Source: Eledone cirrhosa (Eukaryota). From it: a stretch of DNA of 64,000 nt. The stretch's first letter is position 1, and each line of letters begins with the position of its first letter. The stretch is from assembly GCA_964016885.1 (NCBI GenBank), contig OZ024756.1, positions 2,728,001-2,792,000 on the forward strand. Direction: 5' to 3'. The notes below the pieces were generated by a model. That model saw nothing but the letters and a program-made list of their open reading frames with translations, was not told the origin of the DNA and searched no databases. The position numbers and the translations under genes are program-made. Shown one piece after another: positions 55,474 through 64,000 of this stretch.

Positions 55474-55751
55474 AATGAAAGGTATAGAAAGTATTGTAGC
55501 AAGAAGCCAACACTATTCCATACATATATACACACACACAGATATATACATATATTTATGAGGTGGAGTGTACCCGCTTAATTTTGATAGTCACAAGAAT
55601 GAGTACTCAATACTATAGCTGAGATAAATATCTTCTTTACAAAAGCCCTGTTTAAGCCGTGTTACTGCGAAGTTTCTCTTATGCACTCAGAAGATTATCA
55701 GACATATCTCAAAGAAAGAAGACGCAAACAAGTCCATAATAAAGTGATATA

Positions 55752-55820
<69 letters not shown>

Positions 55821-55838
55821 ATGTGTGTGTGTGTATGT

Positions 55839-56008
55839 ATATTGTTATACTTTGGGAGTGTCATGCTGCCAATTTATAATAAATTGAAGTTAAAACTAAC
55901 AGGTGCGTGTGTTTTTGTTGACAGCATGACCCTCCCAGAGTATAACAATATATGTTTCAACACACGTTTTTAGATAAGAAATCTTGTAAACGTTATTCAA
56001 AAACGAAT
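55839..56008 (+). mobile_element. miniature Neptune-like pLTR fold-back (34-bp inverted arm plus 3' end)
   Basis: ATATTGTTATACTTTGGGAGTGTCATGCTGCCAA is inverted against 55918-55951; tail GTTTCAACACACG...AAACGAAT. Confidence 0.8.
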
Positions 56009-56299
56009 TATATATGTATAAACAAAGTCTCGAAGTATATATATTAATTAAAATGTTATTTGTCTCTAATACTTAGATATCTCAATGAATGAAATATATA
56101 TAAAAGATATCACCCAGAGAAACGATTTTACATATTAAACATATGTCACAATCTCTATTTAGTGGAGTATAAGTCAGACAGACTAAAATAAGACAGTCTC
56201 ACTCAAACAAACTTATCCCTACAACGGTTTCAAAAACGAAAGAGAAAATACCAGTCATTTCAAATCTTTGGAATAATCAATGTTGGAAGAATTCATATA

Positions 56300-56450
56300 T
56301 ATTGATTATATGAAGGCTAAATAGTGAGTCTTGTTATGCTGAAGTTGCGCCTGTTTATCACAGGGTTATCAGTTCTTCCAGAGGACCCTATAATAAACAG
56401 GCGAAACTCCAGAGTAACAAGACTCAACATTTATTCTTCATAAAATCAAT
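56300..56450 (+). mobile_element. fold-back with degenerate hammerhead in the right arm
   Basis: GAGTCTTGTTA..GCGCCTGTTTAT..AGGGT is inverted against ACCCT..ATAAACAGGCGAAACTCCAGAGTAACAAGACTC. The right arm reads TCTTC-CAGAGGA-CCCT..AGGC-GAAACTC-CA-GAGTA-ACAAGA. Confidence 0.55.
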
Positions 56451-56491
56451 ATTAAAACTGTTCTTTGGTGTTGGGTATTCTTTCCTCTCAA

Positions 56492-56579
<88 letters not shown>

Positions 56580-56778
56580 TAGAACACTGGAAGGTAATAT
56601 CCGTAGTGGTAGAGCACTCAGTCCATGGGTCGAGTTAGCTATAATTGTTCTCGGTATGGTGAATTATCTGTTGTATTACCACTTCTGTGTTACCAGTGGG
56701 ATGGCTAAAACAGCAGGACGTGCTGTGACCAGCGGCGCCGATTGGCGCCCGACAGACTGGTCGGTCAAGGTGATCAAG

Positions 56779-56824
<46 letters not shown>

Positions 56825-56831
<7 letters not shown>

Positions 56832-56938
56832 ATATTTTGGGAGGGTCATGCTGCCACTAAAAACACACTCACCTGTTGGTTTTCACTTCAATTTACTATA
56901 TAAATTTCAGGTTGGTTGATTCAATAACCGGATGTCTT

Positions 56939-56943
<5 letters not shown>
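56825..56943 (-). mobile_element. Neptune-like pLTR fragment between TA tracts
   Basis: TTGTTATATTTTGGGAGGGTCATG...TTTCACTTCAATTTA is homologous to 16302-16460. Confidence 0.75.
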
Positions 56944-57006
<63 letters not shown>

Positions 57007-57102
57007 ACTAGAAACAATCACAGGGAATAATTTCTAGTTGATATAAAATGCTCGGATCTATTCATTGGAATCTTTGAGCATATTCTACAGTCGATATGGC
57101 GC

Positions 57103-57790
57103 ATGTCTGTCGGACCCTTAAAAGGCCTCTCGGAAAAGATACAAAAGATATGCGGTCCATATGACATCAGGACAGCATTCAAGAGTAATACAGCACTTCG
57201 CAAATATCTCCTTCGAGTAGAAACACCAATAGAAGACAATATGACCAAAGACTGCGTGTACTCCATCCCATGCAGCTGTGGTAGGTTATACAAAGGCGAA
57301 ACAGGCCACCCCCTCAAAATAAGGATAGAAGAACATAGTAAAGCTGTGACACGAGGAGAGATCGATAAATCGGGTATAGCTGATCATGTATGGAAAAACG
57401 GAAACCACCTTCCCCTTTGAGATGAAGCTAAAATAATAGACAGAGAACACCACTGGAAAACACGAAAACTAAAAGAGGCAGCACATATGCTAGGACACAA
57501 TAACCTCCTAAGCAGACCTAGTGCAGATATGAGTAGTATATGGGGACCGGTGTTGAGGAAGGATAGAAAAATATCAGTTTATAAGCCGTAAAAAAGAAAA
57601 AAATCACGAGAGGAAAAAAAAAGTGGTTAAAAAGCGGGCTACTAACCTCAAGATACCGAGTACAATTCTAGGTAGTGACCTGAACAAACGTTAATAATAA
57701 CATCACTAGAACACCTGATGAAGGCTGGAGAGTACATCAGCCGAAACGTTGTGTTAACAACAAAACAAGATGAGGACACCTATCTGTCCA
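57103..57790 (+). mobile_element. Penelope/Poseidon-like 3' fragment: GIY-YIG endonuclease pseudogene plus UTR
   Basis: KGLSEKIQKIC...CVYSIPCSCGRLYKGETGHPLKIRIEEH...SGIADHVW, a TGA at 57418, then KIIDREHHWKTRKLKEA; TA-flanked. Confidence 0.9.
57710..57755 (+). ncRNA. minimal type I hammerhead ribozyme of a PLE
   Basis: AACAC-CTGATGA-A-GGCTG-gagagtacat-CAGCC-GAAACGTT-GTGTT; perfect stems I and II, with palindromic AACGTT in place of stem III. Confidence 0.88.
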
Positions 57791-58140
57791 ATATATATAA
57801 AATATATATATTATATATATATATATATATAACAAAAAAAAAAAGAAAAACAAACACAGACATATACATATATGTGTTCAAATCGTAGTTACCACAATTC
57901 TGGTTTGTATTTATTTTCTTGATTTATTCTTAAATTGAGTCTGGCAAACCCTATTGTCTATAGTTAGTAAACTTTTCACCTTAGCGAATCTGGTCCCTTA
58001 CGATTTGAACACCTATATGTATATGTCTGAGTTCGTGTTTCTTTTTCGTTCAGTTATAGTATACGGCGCGGAAAAATCTCTTTCCTAGAGCTATTTTATT
58101 GTAAGAGACTATTTTGAGTTTCTAACTCAATATATGCCTT

Positions 58141-58205
<65 letters not shown>

Positions 58206-58297
58206 ACTGCAGTTTCACCGAATTGCTCTTCAGCAATCATGCACTTTACCTATGTATCTGTATGCGTATTTCATTACTCTCTCTCTCTCTCTCACTT

Positions 58298-58338
<41 letters not shown>

Positions 58339-58875
58339 GTAATAATCTCCCATTAGGTTGAGATACAAATTTGGCTGTATTGTGCTGTGCTTTCTAGCAA
58401 AAAGCCACCAGCCGTAAGCAACTACCACATCCCTTCCAACCTGACCGCTGCTACGTCACGATTCTTAGCCATTTTTGAATAAATTCTTGGCGCGATCACT
58501 TTGGAAAATTTAATGTCTGGATTAGAGCAAAACTCCTGAAGAGTCTGATGCTCGAGTTTCCAAAGTTACTGGAAATCTCAAAATGCGGACAAAACCATGG
58601 TAGAAGTAAATAAATGTATTCTATTTTCTTCTAGTTTATTTTACACCTAATTCTGTTTAATTGACTGTATCTGGGCGATTACGCTGTCGAAATATTCGAT
58701 AAATATTCCGTCGCGGCCGACGCGAAGGGCTAGTTTAGGTTATTTGTTGGAGATTTCTTCATAGAAGCCTTATTCTTATAGCCTGGTCTATTCGATTTTT
58801 TATATAGTTAATTATGCTAATTGGGAGAGGAAATGGTATATATTTTATCTGGTGACTCTGTAGACATGTTTTATG

Positions 58876-58907
<32 letters not shown>

Positions 58908-59153
58908 AGAGAGAGAGAGACAGAGAGAGGGGCGGGGGATAAAAACCTCCCAGGAGAGCTGAGCAGCAGAAGGTCTTTAGAGAAGTAACCCCATTCTAGC
59001 AAGTGTTTTGGCTCTTACAAAAACACGTACGCACACATACATGCATATATACAAACATACGTACGTTCAAACACATACATACTTAGCTATATACACACTC
59101 AGAAACAGGTACAGATAGATATACATTTAGATAGATCGTTAGATAGATAGATA

Positions 59154-60072
59154 TCTTTCTTTATTTGCCAGAGTGGCGTACAAAAATGGGACATTACAAG
59201 ACGTGACTGTGGGGGTTTTAAATAAAAATCTTATAACTTTAACATTAATAAAATAACAATTGAAATCCCCAATAGTTATTGCAGGCTTGTTTTACACCCC
59301 GTAGATAGAACAACCCTCAACAACAGGAACACGTTTCTTAGGTGTTCCTGTCTTCCCTCAGTTTATCTTCCTCAACCTACAGGTTTATATACAGAGAAGG
59401 CCCATTCACTCGGACCATTTTCGCCACATTCACCCACCTTTCAGCGAATTTACTGGGGTGTAGCACCTCTCTCTCCACTCTCACCTTCCTTCTGGAGTGG
59501 TACTTAAAGAAGGGGATAAGTTGTTGTCCGGAGGGAAAGGTGTTTTCCCTCAGTTTTTAACCTCGTCCACCATGTTACCTCTTTCGCCATAGCCACCAGA
59601 CAGAGGAAAACCGCCTCTCCTTCATTCTTAAATGAAGGTGGCGGGGTGATACTCACGATGGACTCGGCTGACACTGGATGCGTCCCACACGTGACAGTAG
59701 CTGTTCGACATAATTCCACAGGTTGGTCAGCCCTGGGCACTGAACAATTGCTTGCAGAACGGTTTCGATGTCCTGCTCGCATCTTGGACAGGCCCTTTTG
59801 GCAGGGCGTCCGTGCCTGTAGATTTTGTCTCGAACTGGTAGAGATGCTCGGTAGCACTGCCAGGCCATAGACCTCTGGAAGTTACCCACAGGCCCTGAAC
59901 GGAATGTCTTCCCGAACAGACTAGTCAGTTCGTCCTCCTCAATGCCTAGAGTTTCCTCGTGAACGTCGTCGCACTTATCCTCCACTAATCCCCTATAGAA
60001 TGTTGAAATGGAGTCTCCGCTGATTGCCGTTTCCACTTGGTAGAGGGCTGCGAGCGCCTGAAGGCACTCGAA
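59154..60072 (-). mobile_element. Tx1/L1-like LINE 3' fragment, copy 2, within (AGAT)n
   Basis: AWQCYRASLPVRDKIYRHG...CPRC...ETVLQAIVQCP...LW is a zf-RVT-type C-terminus; AATAAA precedes a (TCTA)n end; a related 3' stub lies at 60131-60250. Confidence 0.85.
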
Positions 60073-60547
60073 AGATAGATAGATAAATAGATAGACAGTT
60101 AGATAAATAGATAGATAGATAGATAGATAATTTTCTTTTTATTTGCCACCAGGGCATCAAAAAGTGGGACAAGTACAATGGTGGGAGTTTACATAACAAG
60201 GCGTCCTCAATAAGGAGGAGGCAATAACAAAATATAAAAATAAAATAAAATAGATAGATAGATAAATAGATAGATAGACAGATAGATAGATAGATAGGTA
60301 GATAGATAGATAGATAGATAGAGGTGAATGTGAGTATGGCTGCCTCTACACCCATACCTGTTATGTATTGAATATTTCAACCCACCCTCACATACATACG
60401 CACACAGCCGCCATTACATTCCCAGAAATAGTAAGAGCTACTCCCCTTCCTGAGAAATGTTGCAACTTTTAGAAACTCCGTCACTGAGGAGTTTTCCTCT
60501 TTACTACATAATCATTTCATCTCTTTCTACGACACACCCTGCAAATA

Positions 60548-60666
<119 letters not shown>

Positions 60667-60897
60667 ATATATAGACACATATATAGATATATAAATATAT
60701 ATACATACACACACACATGTATATATATGTATGTGTGTGTACATATATAAATATGAATATGCGTATATATATGTATGCATGTATATTCGCAATCATTGAT
60801 ATACGCACACATATACACACATACAGACACACACAAGAATATGTATATGTGTGCGAGTCTGTATATGTGCTTGTGTGTGTGCGTATATGTATATATG

Positions 60898-60974
<77 letters not shown>

Positions 60975-61380
60975 ATGTGTGTGTGTGTGTGTGAGTGTAT
61001 GTGTGTGTGGATGGGAGTATATTCTTAAATATGCGAAGATTTACGTATATGTTGAGATATACGAGATAGGAGAGCTGTCTGTCACTAGCTCGCTCTTTTC
61101 TTTCTAAAATGGTTTGTGCACAAGTACTGATACGCATACTTAGTCATTTACTCTCGCACACACACCACATACACACGGACACACACATACACACACACAC
61201 ACACACACACATACCACACACCATACACACCATACACACCACATACAAATACACACATTCGCACACACACACACATATATGTAAATGTATATTAAGTGTT
61301 CGTGTGTATATATATATATATATATATATATTTGCGTATATATCTCTTTATATTAATATCTCTTTCTCTCCCTCTCCTCC

Positions 61381-61449
<69 letters not shown>

Positions 61450-61481
61450 TGCATAGAGTATATGTGTTTGTGTATATAAGT

Positions 61482-61531
<50 letters not shown>

Positions 61532-61693
61532 TTAAGGATACTATTTATGGTTATGTATATACTAAAACCTTTTATAGTTATATATATTTTAAACCCTAAA
61601 TAGTGAAAGACAGTAATTTATTACTACCTTATTACCAGTAAGATAAATAGCTCAAGTAATAATATCAGTTGTTCTACAGAGCAGTTATATAGC

Positions 61694-61755
61694 AATTACA
61701 TGAATCAAAGTTCTGTTTAAACCATGGTTTAAACAGAACTTTGATTCATGTAATT
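61694..61755. repeat. 62-bp perfect spacerless palindrome
   Basis: AATTACATGAATCAAAGTTCTGTTTAAACCA|TGGTTTAAACAGAACTTTGATTCATGTAATT. Confidence 0.95.
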
Positions 61756-61982
61756 TCTATATTTATGCTTTGATATATTTCTATATCTGTATATCTGTTT
61801 GACCCGAAATGGGATTCGAATCTTCGGTGTGTGGATAATTAGTTTAACCACCATCTCAGTGAGTTTGGCCTTTAACGTAAGTTGTAACCTCTAATTCTTT
61901 TGAATTATTGAGCGCTTGCTCACAATTCGAAAGTGTTTTTTCGTTATTTCATAGGCTGAAATTCGATTCTCGCTAATTTTTA

Positions 61983-62023
<41 letters not shown>

Positions 62024-62025
<2 letters not shown>

Positions 62026-62139
62026 CGAAGGAAAAGTGGTAAGGAACCAGGTGGACCATAACGCACCAAAGTACTCAATACTCAGTACAGAATTAGCCGG
62101 CGAAACGGCTTGAGCTCAGCCGTCGGGGTCTTACTTACT

Positions 62140-62142
<3 letters not shown>
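62024..62142 (-). mobile_element. family A element, shortest copy
   Basis: GTGGTAAGGAACCAGGTGGACCATAACGCACCAAAGTACTCAATACT is joined to CAGAATTAGCCGGCGAAACGGCTTGAGCTCAGCCGTCGGGGTC; TA on both sides. Confidence 0.75.
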
Positions 62143-62202
<60 letters not shown>

Positions 62203-62205
<3 letters not shown>

Positions 62206-63176
62206 GGAAACATTCTCCCAACTTGGAGAAAACTTATAAGGAAACAATTGTTTGAAAGAGAGATATATTTTAATTTTAATTATATCTCATATAAAATAAT
62301 ACAACTGGCTTTCCACAAAATACATATAGTTAGCACCCCAAACACAAAATTGGGATTATACTAACGTATATCCTAATGTTTGTAGTGTGAGATGGTAGCC
62401 AGTCAGAGTTTAGCTTAAAGCTTTCTCTGTTATTGTATTAAATATTTGATTTGGCCAGAGAATTATATTTCCAGATACCTTTTAAACGTAACTTTCCGTA
62501 TTTATTACTGTTATGAGATATTGTTTGTTATTTAGGTATCACTTCTCTGTTTTTAGCCTAAGAAAATATCTATATGCGTGTGTAATTAATACATGCATAC
62601 ATTTATTTTTTTAAAATTAATTGAGTTCTTAACACGCAGGATTGATATTGTTTTTAAAAAAACTAATTAACCCACGTGTATATTATTTTACTTTCTTGTG
62701 ATTCGCGATTGCCTCCCTTTTCCACTTCGTGACGCTGTGAAATTCCTCAGTCTAAAGACTGCTGGAATTTCAAATTTGGCGGTCATTTGATGCGTGAAGG
62801 GACGACTTAGCAGACCCGAAAAATAACTGCGGTAAGGAATTTTTTCTTATATCAAAGTTTAATGGGCATCCACTGATGATTTATAAGTGCCCACCTGCAT
62901 GTGTTCCTACAGAAAAATATGTAGGCTTCTACATAAACCGGAAACATTCTCCCAACTTGTAGAAAACTTATAATGAAACAATTGTTTGGAAAGAGAGATA
63001 TATTTTAATTTTAATTATATCTCATAAAAAATAATACAACTGGCTTTCCACAAAATACATATAGTTAGCACCCCAAACACAAAATTGGGATTATACTAAC
63101 GCATATCCTAATGTTTGTTGAGTGAGATGGTAGCCAGTCAGAATTTAGCTTAAAGCTATCTCTGTTATTGTATTAA

Positions 63177-63180
<4 letters not shown>
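62203..63180. mobile_element. TA-embedded element with ~240-bp direct repeats
   Basis: 62203-62441 matches 62937-63180 (ACCGGAAACATTCTCCCAACTTG...TTGTATTAAATA). Confidence 0.7.
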
Positions 63181-63226
<46 letters not shown>

Positions 63227-63640
63227 GTTTAAATTTGGTGGTTTACCACTGGGTAGAATTGATCATTCTGCAATGTTAAGCATGATGTAATATGAGAAAA
63301 GCACTCGACTTTATGCAACTCATCCATCTTCAATGTTGAATCATGTTGGTGGTGACGTAACGTAGTAAATGTATTATAAAGTGAAATGACAGGAGGCCAA
63401 ATATATTTAATTTCCATAGTTTTTTATTACTGTAAACACTATACACATTTCAGTGGTCGGGTTGCGTAAGAAGCAGGTGACCTCATCAGGTGTAAATTGC
63501 GTAATAGATGTATATCAACGGTATGATGGCAGACTTTAAGGAAACAAGCAAAGAAAAACAAAGAGGAAAGTGCGTGTGCTTTGCTTTTGACACTTCATAA
63601 TATACATACATATACATATATGTATATATATATGTATATA

Positions 63641-63685
<45 letters not shown>

Positions 63686-63698
63686 ATATACATATATG

Positions 63699-63730
<32 letters not shown>

Positions 63731-63734
63731 TAGG

Positions 63735-63814
<80 letters not shown>

Positions 63815-64000
63815 TACATATATGTATATATATATGTATATATATATATATATATTTAAATATAAGTATGTATACGTACATACATATATGTATACAGACG
63901 TACTGTAGTATGTATATATATATACATACATGCACACATATATATATGTAAGTATGGATTCACCGAACATTTATTATAATGCTCGGTGTGTTTGTAAACA

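Noticed and set aside
61800-61870. tRNA gene on the minus strand (GATTCGAATCCC)
   Set aside because: A B-box-like motif is present but no convincing cloverleaf; at most a decayed SINE head. The same applies to family 1 SINE heads.
62877-62970. CTGATGA...GGAAAC as a hammerhead in the 62-63-kb element
   Set aside because: No NUH triplet closes stem III and I found no stem I partner.

Overview
This is AT-rich, repeat-saturated eukaryotic DNA. Its tRNA-derived SINEs, RTE-type SINE tails and dense (TA)n/(CA)n tracts resemble those I recall from octopod cephalopods; that assignment is an inference. There is no complete protein-coding gene. Nearly all ORFs in the track, including the 3796-aa and 2528-aa ones, are read-throughs of microsatellites or satellites. 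The window holds two large satellites: a 4.6-kb array built from 19-bp blocks and an 11.3-kb, two-domain 30-bp array. It also has several minisatellites, about 15 SINE copies, decayed RTE, Tx1/L1-like and R4/Dong-like LINE pieces, mariner MITEs, two non-autonomous Helitrons and two candidate isolated host exons. The main theme is a dense population of (TA)n-embedded Penelope-like element (PLE) fragments and short non-coding derivatives. At least 8-9 unrelated families carry hammerhead-ribozyme-like folds. One multi-copy family has a complete type I fold but a non-canonical CAGAAGA core. In several families the fold-back junction lies inside the ribozyme. All structures were read by eye, coordinates are approximate to a few bases, and nothing was database-checked.
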